Assembly: GCA_963663895.2 (NCBI GenBank)
Contig: CAXXRD010000003.1
Location: 236,206 to 300,205, forward strand
DNA: 64,000 bases
Direction: 5' to 3'
Source of the DNA: Dehalococcoidia bacterium
Lineage (GTDB): Bacteria; Chloroflexota; Dehalococcoidia; Bin125
The notes below the pieces were generated by a model. The model made no database searches and was not told the origin of the DNA. It worked only from the letters and a program-made list of their open reading frames with translations. Of this stretch, positions 20,131-28,834 are shown in pieces. The position numbers were made by a program, and so were the translations under genes. Every line of letters begins with the position of its first letter. Position 1 is the first letter of the stretch.

Positions 20131-21528
20131 CTAAAGATCGGTCGCCGTGAGCGCGCGCAGCAGCGCCGCCGCCTTTGCCCGCGTCTCGGCGTATTCGGCG
20201 ATGGGATCGGAATCCGCGACGATGGCACTGCCGACGTGGAAGTGCACGCTCGCACCTTGCCGCACCAGCGTGCGGATCAGGATGCTCAAGGCGAGATTCC
20301 CGTCGTAGCCGATATAGCCGGCGCATCCGGTGTACGGCCCTCGGCGTATGCCCTCGGTCTCCTCGAGGATCTCCATGGCGCGGATCTTCGGCGCGCCGGT
20401 CACGCTGCCGCCCGGAAGCGTCGCGGCAAGCAGCGCAGCCGTATCCACACGCGGCTTCAGCTCCGCCGTGACGGTAGCGGCGGCGTGGTGCACGGTCGGG
20501 TGCGTGACTAGGCCTCGCAACTGGGGAACCGCCACCGATCCGACGCGAGCGACGCGTCCCAAGTCGTTGCGCTCCAAGTCGACGATCATCAGAAGCTCGG
20601 CGCGCTCTTTGGGATCGGCGCGGAGCTCCTCTCGGAGCTCGGCGTCGCGGATCGGGGTGTCGCCGCGGGGGCGCGTCCCCTTGATCGGGTGCGTCTCGAC
20701 CCGCGATCCGTTGCGCCGCAAGAACAGCTCGGGGCTGATCGACAGCAGCTCGGGCGCGCCGGGCAAGCGCAAGAGGCAACCGTACGGCGCCGGGCTCGCG
20801 GCGCGCAGCCGGCGGTAGAGTCGCGCCGAGTCCACGCCGCTCTCGGCATCGACCCGATAGGCGAAGTTCGCCTGGTAGATATCGCCCGTCTCGATATAGC
20901 GCAGGATGCGCGCGACGCGCCGCGCATAGTCGTCGCGGCGCAGACGCTCGCTGAGGCCGTGCGTCTTGGACGCAGCCGTCGCGGACGGCAGGGAGAGCAT
21001 GGCCGGCAGGGCTCGTGCTTCGAGGGCGAGACGCTCGCAAGATGCGGCCGCTGCCGCGGCCGTCGCAGCGCTGGCCACCGCGAAGAGACGTCCCTCCACT
21101 CGATCCTCGATCAGCGCCGCCGCGAACTCGCCCAACACGAAATCCGGAATCGCCGGGTCGGCGGCGGCGCGAACCGGCAGCCGCTCCAGGTGCCGCCCCA
21201 GATCGTATGCGAACCAGCCGAGCCAGCCGCCGTAGAAGGGAAGCGCATCGCCCGCAGCGACGGCGCCCGCGGGGACCACTTCGCGCGGGCGCAAAATGCC
21301 GTGGAGGGAAGCGAAGGCGCCCGGACGCCCCTGAGGCCAAGCGACGACGCGGCGCGGACGCCAAGCCAAGATCGACCAGCGCGTCTCGGCGCGCGCCGGG
21401 GCGCTGGAATCGAGGAACGCAACCGCCCGCTCACCCCGCTCGACAAGCGCAAGGGCAACGTCGATCAAGGGGCGGTAGGGCAGCTCCTGCTGGGTGGAAG
21501 CGAGCGATGGGGCGGCGGTCTGCAACAC
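20131..21528 (-). CDS. pabB: Aminodeoxychorismate synthase component I (chorismate-binding family)
   Basis: PFYGGWLGWFAYD, GDIYQAN, SPELF, PIKGT (PabB-type lysine), KERAELLMIVDLERNDL, PGGSVTGAPK. Confidence 0.88.
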   Translation of the reverse strand: MLQTAAPSLASTQQELPYRPLIDVALALVERGERAVAFLDSSAPARAETRWSILAWRPRRVVAWPQGRPGAFASLHGILRPREVVPAGAVAAGDALPFYGGWLGWFAYDLGRHLERLPVRAAADPAIPDFVLGEFAAALIEDRVEGRLFAVASAATAAAAAASCERLALEARALPAMLSLPSATAASKTHGLSERLRRDDYARRVARILRYIETGDIYQANFAYRVDAESGVDSARLYRRLRAASPAPYGCLLRLPGAPELLSISPELFLRRNGSRVETHPIKGTRPRGDTPIRDAELREELRADPKERAELLMIVDLERNDLGRVARVGSVAVPQLRGLVTHPTVHHAAATVTAELKPRVDTAALLAATLPGGSVTGAPKIRAMEILEETEGIRRGPYTGCAGYIGYDGNLALSILIRTLVRQGASVHFHVGSAIVADSDPIAEYAETRAKAAALLRALTATDL

Positions 21529-21714
21529 GTGGATCGATTGTAAAGCGGCGGCACGCCCGCCGGAGGCTCCCCCACGACACTTCGGGCAAGCCCGGATACA
21601 AGGCCCCGACCGGCGCGCGGAAATCCGCCAACCCAGCCGGTGATACGGTGCCAGGATTCCGGTGGACCGGAGCGAGCCGGCTCGCCACCCCGCCGATGAA
21701 GAGGAGCGTTCGAC

Positions 21715-22983
21715 GTGGAGATCTACATCCCCTTGCTCGTGGTGCTGCTGCTGTTCTCCGCCCTGTTCTCAAGCGCGGAGACGGCCTTCCTCTCGCTGCA
21801 ACGCGTGCAACTCGAACATTACGTACGCGAGGGCGTCGGCGGCGCCGCCCGCGTCTCGCGCCTGTTGGAGTCCCCGCGGCGGCTACTCTCGTCGATCCTG
21901 CTGGGGAACAACCTCGTCAATACGGGTGCGGCCGCGGTGGGGACGGCGATCGCCGCCGAGTTCGTCTCCAGCGGCAGCGCCGTGCTGGCCGCCACGATTA
22001 TCGTGACGGTGCTGCTGGTGGTCTTCGGCGACATGGGACCAAAAACGATCGCGCTCCATCACTCCTTCACGCTGAGCCGCCTGTACGCGCTGCCACTGCG
22101 CTACTGGACGCGATCGACGCAGCCGATCGTGGCGGCACTGGACCTCCTCAGCCGGGGGGTGCTGCTTCTCGTCGGCGGCCGGGGCGAGGTCGCCGGAGTG
22201 CTGGCCCTGGGGGAGCTGCGTACGGCGATCGCACTCGGGCGCGAGTCGGGGGCGCTGGAGGCGGATGAATCGGAGATGCTGCTGGGAGCGCTGATGCTGC
22301 AACAGCGGCAGGTGCGGCACATCATGACCCCGCGGGTGGCGATGCAGGCGGCCGAGGTGGGCGAGCCGCTGCGGGAGGTCTCCCGGCGGCTGACCGAGGC
22401 TGGCGTCCTGCGCCTGCCGGTCTACACGGACCGCATCGACAACATCGTCGGCTACGTCCACGTGAGCGACGTCAACAGCGCCTACGCGGCGGGCCGCGCC
22501 GGCGACACGGCGCGCAGCGTGATGCGCGAGATGATCTTCGAATCGGAGCGCGCCTCCACCGCCCGCCTGCTGGAGCGGATGCAGGAGAGCGGGCACCACA
22601 TCGCCATCCTCATCGACGAGGTAGGATCCCCTTCGGGACTGGTCACGCTGGAGGACATCCTGGAGGAGGTGGTGGGCGAGATCGGCAGCGAGAGCGGCTC
22701 GGAGCGCTCCGGCACCGACGTGCGCGTGGGCGAGCGGCTCTACGTGGAGGGACGCCGTTCGTTGGCCGACCTGGGCGCCGAGTTGGGCGCCGACCTCTCC
22801 CACCCCGACGCCGAGTCGGTGGGCGGCCTGGTCCTCGCCTACCTGCGACGCTTCCCCTTGCGCGGGGAACAGGTGGAGCACGGCGGACACCGCTTCATCG
22901 TCATGGCCGCGGACGAGCGCAAGGTCACGCTCGTGGCCGTGGAGGCGCTGCCGCAGCGGCCCGAGGACGCCCCGGCGGAGTGA
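21715..22983 (+). CDS. CNNM/CorC-type (DUF21-CBS-CorC_HlyC) membrane protein
   Basis: SALFSSAETAFLS, ILLGNNLVN, FGDMGPK, IMTPR, RLPVY, GLVTLEDILEEVVGEI; RBS GAGGAG. Confidence 0.9.
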   Translation: MEIYIPLLVVLLLFSALFSSAETAFLSLQRVQLEHYVREGVGGAARVSRLLESPRRLLSSILLGNNLVNTGAAAVGTAIAAEFVSSGSAVLAATIIVTVLLVVFGDMGPKTIALHHSFTLSRLYALPLRYWTRSTQPIVAALDLLSRGVLLLVGGRGEVAGVLALGELRTAIALGRESGALEADESEMLLGALMLQQRQVRHIMTPRVAMQAAEVGEPLREVSRRLTEAGVLRLPVYTDRIDNIVGYVHVSDVNSAYAAGRAGDTARSVMREMIFESERASTARLLERMQESGHHIAILIDEVGSPSGLVTLEDILEEVVGEIGSESGSERSGTDVRVGERLYVEGRRSLADLGAELGADLSHPDAESVGGLVLAYLRRFPLRGEQVEHGGHRFIVMAADERKVTLVAVEALPQRPEDAPAE

Positions 22984-23148
22984 GCCGCCGGGGGCGGGGG
23001 CGGCCCCGGCGCGCCGGAATGACGCGCGTGCCACAGAGATCGCTTGGCCGAGCCGCCGCTAGCGCGGGCCGCCCGCCCGAGGCTCGCCCGCCCGGTATAC
23101 GGTGAGGAGGGGATTGGGTTGACCGGTGCGACGGGAAAGGAGCACGGC

Positions 23149-23574
23149 ATGACCAAGGACGAGATGATCGCACTCCTGAACAGGGACCTGGCCGGCGAGT
23201 TCGGCGCGATCATCCAGTACCTGACCTACGCGGCCAAGGCGACGGGCCCCTACCGGCCACAGCTGGCGCAGTTCTTCCTCGGCGAAGTGGCCGACGAGCA
23301 GGCGCACGCCCAATACCTGGCGAACAAGATCGTGGCCCTCGGCGGCGAGCCCACGACGGAAGCCCGCCCGACCCCCGCGGCGGCGACCAACCGGGAGATG
23401 GTCGAGCAGGTGCTGGCGGCCGAGCTGCTGGCGACGCGGGACTACACGGAGCGGGCCCAGCAAGCGGAGGCCTTCGGAGACAAGGGCATGGCCGTCCAGC
23501 TCGAGGACATGGTCCGCGACGAATCGACCCACGCCGAGGAGACCGAGCGGATCCTGCGCGACTGGCCCCTGTAG
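23149..23574 (+). CDS. Ferritin-like (bacterioferritin-like) diiron protein
   Basis: LNRDLAGEFGAIIQY, DEQAHA, ELLATRDY, DESTHAE ferroxidase ligands; RBS AAGGAG before ATG 23149. Confidence 0.85.
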   Translation: MTKDEMIALLNRDLAGEFGAIIQYLTYAAKATGPYRPQLAQFFLGEVADEQAHAQYLANKIVALGGEPTTEARPTPAAATNREMVEQVLAAELLATRDYTERAQQAEAFGDKGMAVQLEDMVRDESTHAEETERILRDWPL

Positions 23575-23738
23575 CAAGCGGCTCCGGGAAAGACCACAGG
23601 ACGCCGCGGCTCTATGCTGGCGGCGGGCGCCGATCCCCGGACGGCGCCATCAGAAGCGCGGCCGGCGGTGCGCCGCCGGAGCCGGCGAGGGAGTGAACCT
23701 TGGGAGCGAAGCCGATCGCGCGGTCGTCGCACCCGCAT

Positions 23739-23827
23739 GCCGAAGTGGCGGAATTGGCAGACGCGACAGTCTCAAAAACTGTTGGGGGGCAACTCCCGTG
23801 CCGGTTCGAGTCCGGCCTTCGGCACCA
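23739..23827 (+). tRNA. tRNA-Leu(CAA)
   Basis: 89 nt with long variable arm; ACAGT-CTCAAAA-ACTGT; encoded CCA. Confidence 0.96.
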
Positions 23828-23909
23828 GCATTCCCCGCTGCGGCTTCGGGAGCCGCGGGCCAACGGCGGACGGAAGCGCCTGAGAAAAGTCGATGGCTCG
23901 ACGGAGCGG

Positions 23910-23983
23910 TGCCGAGTAGTGTAACGGTAGCACGCGGGACTTTGGATCCCTTAGTCCAGGTTCGAATCCTGGCTCGGCAGCCA
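23910..23983 (+). tRNA. tRNA-Gln(TTG)
   Basis: 74 nt; anticodon loop CTTTGGA; U1-A72 pair; CCAGG-TTCGAAT-CCTGG; CCA. Confidence 0.95.
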
Positions 23984-23992
23984 ACCTCGCGT

Positions 23993-24068
23993 TCCCCGGT
24001 AGCTCAATTGGTAGAGCGGGCGGCTGTTAACCGCTAGGTTGTAGGTTCAAGTCCTGCCCGGGGAGCCA
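23993..24068 (+). tRNA. tRNA-Asn(GTT)
   Basis: 76 nt; GGCGG-CTGTTAA-CCGCT; U1-A72 pair; CCA. Confidence 0.96.
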
Positions 24069-24269
24069 CGCTCCTTCGCTGGCCAGCGTCGCGCCATTCG
24101 GCGAGTGGGCCAGTGTCCCCACGGACTACCAGGGCAGCGCCACCGTCCCGACGCTTGAACTCCACGACTGGACTAGGCCTCCCGAAGAGTCCGTGAACTC
24201 TAGCTAGCAGGATTCTTCTCAGGCGGCCAAACCCAGATACTCCTACTTCGGCAGGGGCAGAGTACCCTG

Positions 24270-27200
24270 ATGGGGATCCGGCTTGCACCGCCTGGCCGGA
24301 TCTGCGGCGAGATCCCCATTGCTCGCTACACTCGGCGCGCCGATCACCGGGCGAGAGAGAACACCACCCTGCGACTCCTCTTCCTCCGCGCTCGCGCCAA
24401 CTGGCGGCTGCTTGGCGTCGTAGGGCTCGGCATCCTCGTGACGTCTGTACTCATGGCCTCCACCACCGTGTATACGCGCGCGCTCACGGATCTGGGGCTC
24501 GACTTCGAACTCGACCGCGAGGCCGGCCAGATTGGCTCCGTCCAGGTCACGATCTCCCAGACACTGCTGGGTGGGGAACGCGCGCAGGCGGTGCGTGACT
24601 TCATCGAAGCCAGCCTTGATGCGCACTTCGGCGACATTGCACTGCCTAGGCGCATACGGTCGGGGCGCGTCAGTGACCTCCGCCTGCTCGCTGAGACCCA
24701 GATCCCCGGCTCTGCCCCGCTCGGCGGGGAGTTCACCACGATCGAGGGATGGGAGTCCTACGTTGAGTTCGAAGGGCGCCCGCCCGGCTCACCGACACTG
24801 GCTCTCGACCCTGCACTGGGCCTTTCCCAACTCGACGGTCCCATCGAAGTCGCGCTCCCACGCGCGCAGGCCGAGCTCGCCGGTCTCAGGGTGGGGGATG
24901 CGTTCACGGTCGCGGACGTTTACGACGATTGCGACCGCGAGCCGCCGCTATTCGACGGTCCAACCGCGTCGACGCCGCCCTCGCTCGAGCCTTGCACCAC
25001 ATCTGCGCTGATCAGCCTGCAGATCCCGGCCAAAGTGGTCGGGATCTTCGACGCGCTCAACCCCGACGATCCGTTTTGGGACGCGGCGCTTGCGAGTCTT
25101 GCGCGCCCCCGGGAGCCACGGAAGAGCCTAGCTCTACCGCGGGTCTTCGCGCTCTTCGTTCACTCCGACGCGCTTTTCGGTCCGCTAAGCCAACTGCTTC
25201 CTGGCTACCGCGCCGACATCCGCTTCGCGGACCCGATTCCACTCAGCGCGTTCGACAGCGCTGGCATCCCTGCTGATCTCGGTCGCTTCGCCAGCCTCCA
25301 GACGGACATTGCCTCGGTCGGGGGAACGGTATCGAGTTCGTTCGAGGAAACACTACGCAGCTTCCAGGAGGCACGTGACTTCAGCGTCGTGCCGATCTTG
25401 CTGATCGTGGTACAGGTCGTCGGTGCCGTCGTCTTTTTCATCTTCGCGATGGCCCGCCTTCTGGTAGGCGGCGAGACCGACGAGATCGCCTTGCTGCGCA
25501 GTCGAGGCGCCTCGCTGCCGCAGGTGCTCGGACTGTACGCCCTGCAACTCCTGCCGATCGTGATCCTGGCGGCGGCGGGGGCACCGCTGATCGCCGCGGC
25601 TGCCGTGAGTGCCCTCGGGTTCGTCGGCAGCTTCCGCGACGTCACCGGCGCTGACTGGATCACAATTTCTCTCACGCCGCAAGCCTGGGCACTAGCGCTG
25701 GCGGGAGCGGCGCTGGCGATGGGCGTCGTCCTCGTCCCAGTTGCGAAAGCGGCGCGCGTCCCGCCCGGCACGGCCCGGCGCGTAGCGGCGCGGCCAGCCG
25801 GTCGCAACGTCTTTCAGCGCTACTACCTCGACATCGCCTTCGTAGCGGTCGCGGGGTTTCTCGTTTGGTCCGTGGGAGCGCGCGACGCGGTGTTCACACG
25901 CGACACGGTTGGCGGCCTTTCCACCGAACCACTCGTCCTGATCACGCCAGCGCTCGTTGGCCTGATCGCGATCCTCCTCGTCCTGCGTCTGCTCCCGCCC
26001 GCCCTCTCCGCTCTGGCCTGGATCGCAGGGCACCGCATCCCTATGCCGATCGCCGCCGCGCTCCGCCAGGCGGCCCGCAACCCTGGTCCGGTCATTCGGC
26101 TCACGGTCCTGACGATGCTCGCCGCGGCGATCGGCACATTTGCCGCATCCTACGACGCAACGGTTGATCGCTCGTTCGATGAGCGCGCCCGCTTTGAGGC
26201 CGGCGTCGACCTCCGCACGGGAACGGACCCCCGCCCGCCCGGGTTGATCCAAGCGTCGATCGAAGCGCTGCCGAGCGCCGGCGCGACCACGCTCGCGACC
26301 CGGCGCAGCGGCAGCGTTGGCGCGACCGGCGCCCGGGGACGCGAGGTACAGATCCTCGCTCTGGACAGTGCCCGAGCCGCTTCAATGCTGTGGTTCCGCG
26401 ACGACTTCAGCGCCGAACCCCTGGCGACGCTGCTTCCCAAGCTCCGCCCCGCCGCCAACCTCGGCGGCCTGCCGCTCCCCGACGATCTGGTGGAACTCAG
26501 TCTGTGGGTGAACCCGAGCGTGCCGCGCACCGACCTCTCGGTGTGGCTCCAGGTCCGCGACCGCGACGGCCGGTTCTTCCGTGTTGGGCTGGGCAATCCT
26601 GGAGTAGCCGGTATCTGGCAAGAGCTGCGCGGGGACGCCACCGGGCCCGCCGCGTTCAGCGACGCCCGCCCGCCCTTGACCCTCCACGCCATCACCTACA
26701 CAGAGGGGGAGTCCCAGCGCCTCGGCGAACCAGGCAGCCTCTTGTTCGACGACCTCGTGGCAACCACGGCGCGTGGTGACCGCATCCTGATCGAGGGGTT
26801 TGAATCGGACGCTCGTCAATGGCTGCGACAACCCCTCGCGGCGACGGGCGCGACAGACGCGGCCGAGCGCCGGACGGACATCGCCGCCCACAGTGGCAGC
26901 AGCGCCGTGGAGTACCGTTGGACGGCGGGGGTCTCACCCGGCCGTCGCGGCCTCTACCTTCCCAGTCCCAATCTGTGCGATGCGGATGGACGCTGTGCGC
27001 TCAACGTGATCGTGAGCGAGACGTTCCTCGACAACCACGGCCTCCGGGTCGGTGACGAGGCACCCTTGCACCTGGGGCCGTTCAGTATCGACGTGCGCAT
27101 CATCGCTGCCGTCGCGCTCTTCCCGACTCTGGATCCCCAAGAGGAAGGGGGGTTCCTGATCACCGACGTGGCCGAACTCCACCACCTTGGCGCGACCCTT

Positions 27201-27794
27201 GATTTCCGCAACCCAACTCCGATCAACGAGCTGTGGGCCAGCGGACCAAGCGATCCTGCGCGGCGCGCGCGCACGGTCGCGGCGCTGAACGATCTCTCCG
27301 CGACGGGCGCGCCCGTCACCGATCAGCGGGCCTTGCTGGCCACGGTGGGAAACGACCCCCTGGTTGCCGCCGGCGGCAGCGGCATCCTGCTGATTGCATT
27401 CGTTACCGTCGCGATCCTCGTGTTGGTCGCGTTCCTGGTGAGCGTCGTCCTCACAGCGCGCGACCGCACGCTAGAGATGGCCGTCTTGCGCACGCTCGGG
27501 ACCGGCCGGCGCGCGCTGCTCGCTCAACTCATGGCCGAGTACGCGGTGGTCGCGATCATCGGGCTGGGGCTCGGTACCTTCTTGGGCGATCGCATCGCGC
27601 GCCTCACACTGCGTTTCCTGGATATCGACGCGGCAGGCGATCGGGTCCTGCCGCCCTTCCTACTCACGACAAACTGGGAGGTCGTCCTGGGCACCTACGT
27701 TGGGCTGGTCGCGACCCTCGCCTTGGGAGTCGGGGCCGCCTGGCGCCTTTCCGCCCGCGGGTCGATCACACGCGCGCTGCGATTGGCTGCCTGA
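24270..27794 (+). CDS. Large FtsX/MacB-family ABC permease 1 (true start possibly near 24369)
   Basis: Two FtsX motifs EIALLRSRGAS and EMAVLRTLGTGR; many TMs; two large extracytoplasmic domains. Confidence 0.88.
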   Translation: MGIRLAPPGRICGEIPIARYTRRADHRARENTTLRLLFLRARANWRLLGVVGLGILVTSVLMASTTVYTRALTDLGLDFELDREAGQIGSVQVTISQTLLGGERAQAVRDFIEASLDAHFGDIALPRRIRSGRVSDLRLLAETQIPGSAPLGGEFTTIEGWESYVEFEGRPPGSPTLALDPALGLSQLDGPIEVALPRAQAELAGLRVGDAFTVADVYDDCDREPPLFDGPTASTPPSLEPCTTSALISLQIPAKVVGIFDALNPDDPFWDAALASLARPREPRKSLALPRVFALFVHSDALFGPLSQLLPGYRADIRFADPIPLSAFDSAGIPADLGRFASLQTDIASVGGTVSSSFEETLRSFQEARDFSVVPILLIVVQVVGAVVFFIFAMARLLVGGETDEIALLRSRGASLPQVLGLYALQLLPIVILAAAGAPLIAAAAVSALGFVGSFRDVTGADWITISLTPQAWALALAGAALAMGVVLVPVAKAARVPPGTARRVAARPAGRNVFQRYYLDIAFVAVAGFLVWSVGARDAVFTRDTVGGLSTEPLVLITPALVGLIAILLVLRLLPPALSALAWIAGHRIPMPIAAALRQAARNPGPVIRLTVLTMLAAAIGTFAASYDATVDRSFDERARFEAGVDLRTGTDPRPPGLIQASIEALPSAGATTLATRRSGSVGATGARGREVQILALDSARAASMLWFRDDFSAEPLATLLPKLRPAANLGGLPLPDDLVELSLWVNPSVPRTDLSVWLQVRDRDGRFFRVGLGNPGVAGIWQELRGDATGPAAFSDARPPLTLHAITYTEGESQRLGEPGSLLFDDLVATTARGDRILIEGFESDARQWLRQPLAATGATDAAERRTDIAAHSGSSAVEYRWTAGVSPGRRGLYLPSPNLCDADGRCALNVIVSETFLDNHGLRVGDEAPLHLGPFSIDVRIIAAVALFPTLDPQEEGGFLITDVAELHHLGATLDFRNPTPINELWASGPSDPARRARTVAALNDLSATGAPVTDQRALLATVGNDPLVAAGGSGILLIAFVTVAILVLVAFLVSVVLTARDRTLEMAVLRTLGTGRRALLAQLMAEYAVVAIIGLGLGTFLGDRIARLTLRFLDIDAAGDRVLPPFLLTTNWEVVLGTYVGLVATLALGVGAAWRLSARGSITRALRLAA

Positions 27795-27813
27795 GATGGC
27801 CACAACGCAGGTC

Positions 27814-28329
27814 TCAGGGCAGCGATTCCGGCTCCAGCACGTCGATAATCTCCCCGGGCAGGATCTGTGGCCGGCTCTCCTCCGGCAACAACAGGCCGGA
27901 CTGCGCGATCAGCTCGTCCCCAGCCGACTCGGCCACAAGCAATGCAACCGCGGCGCCCGGCTCGATCGGCGCCTCGGGCCCCTGTGCGAGCCGCAACAGG
28001 AAGCTCGATCCTTTCGCGAAGCGGAAGCGGGTCCTGCCACCGGCCCACGCCAGCGTCAGCGTCTCGCGATCGGAGCCGGTCACGCGGCCGATCAGAACCT
28101 GCCGCCCGGGCAAGCCCGCCGCGTGACCGAAGGGGCTCAAGCCACTGCGGGGAACGATCACGTCCCCGGCCACGCCGCTTGCGCTCGGGGTCGCGGGGCT
28201 CACCAGCACGGGCTCGGGCTGCCGTGCGCTGTGTGCGATCCATTCCGCGCCGACGAGCCAACCCGCGGCAGCGGCGATCACAACGACCCCCAACCATGCG
28301 CCCAACCCCCGCCACGTGCGCGGCGTCAC
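27814..28329 (-). CDS. Membrane-anchored small beta-barrel (DUF5666/OB-fold-like) protein
   Basis: N-terminal TM; GRVTGSDRETLTL...IEPGAAVAL pattern; 4-nt overlap with the upstream gene. Confidence 0.6.
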   Translation of the reverse strand: MTPRTWRGLGAWLGVVVIAAAAGWLVGAEWIAHSARQPEPVLVSPATPSASGVAGDVIVPRSGLSPFGHAAGLPGRQVLIGRVTGSDRETLTLAWAGGRTRFRFAKGSSFLLRLAQGPEAPIEPGAAVALLVAESAGDELIAQSGLLLPEESRPQILPGEIIDVLEPESLP

Positions 28330-28730
28330 GGTGCGACTTCGTCCGGTGCGACGACGACCACTGCCTGCAGGACAAGCGCGAGGGAGTTATCATCGACCGC
28401 CCCAACGATCACCCACTCCCCCACCCGCACCTCCGCCGGTGTGACAGGAGTGAGCCGTTGAATCAGCGCCTCCGACCCCACACGCACGGACACCAGCGTC
28501 TCATCGACGCGCACCTGAACGTGCTCCCCCTCGACGTCGCTCACGATGCCCGCCAGATCGGCGGGGGGAGCATTATCCAGCAGGGTTTCGCCTTGGAAGA
28601 TCCGACGCGGCTCGGGATCGGATTCGTCGGCGATCTGCCAGCCCAAGACCGCAGTGACCGCAAAGGTCAGGGCGGCGAGCAGCGCCAGCGAAAGGCCAAC
28701 GGCCCGGGCCGCAGTCAGGCGCGCGCGCAT
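28326..28730 (-). CDS. Membrane-anchored small beta-barrel (DUF5666/OB-fold-like) protein
   Basis: N-terminal TM; GIVSDVEGEHVQV...EVRVGEWVIV pattern; RBS-like GGAGAGG. Confidence 0.6.
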   Translation of the reverse strand: MRARLTAARAVGLSLALLAALTFAVTAVLGWQIADESDPEPRRIFQGETLLDNAPPADLAGIVSDVEGEHVQVRVDETLVSVRVGSEALIQRLTPVTPAEVRVGEWVIVGAVDDNSLALVLQAVVVVAPDEVAP

Positions 28731-28834
28731 CGTCCGCCCCTCTCCACCGTCGTCAAGTGCAGCCGGATCCTAGCGTGCCGTCGTCGCCTAGCGCCGCTGC
28801 CAGATCGGGGCATCCTTGGGCAGCGCTCTTCGCC

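Noticed and set aside
19208-23738. Possible tRNA-anchored genomic island between tRNA-Phe and tRNA-Leu (shared TCGGCACCA)
   Set aside because: The match is just the two tRNAs' acceptor ends; no integrase or separate att duplicate seen
24034-24288. 84-aa minus-strand ORF after tRNA-Asn
   Set aside because: Overlaps the tRNA, with no RBS or recognisable family; cannot be supported
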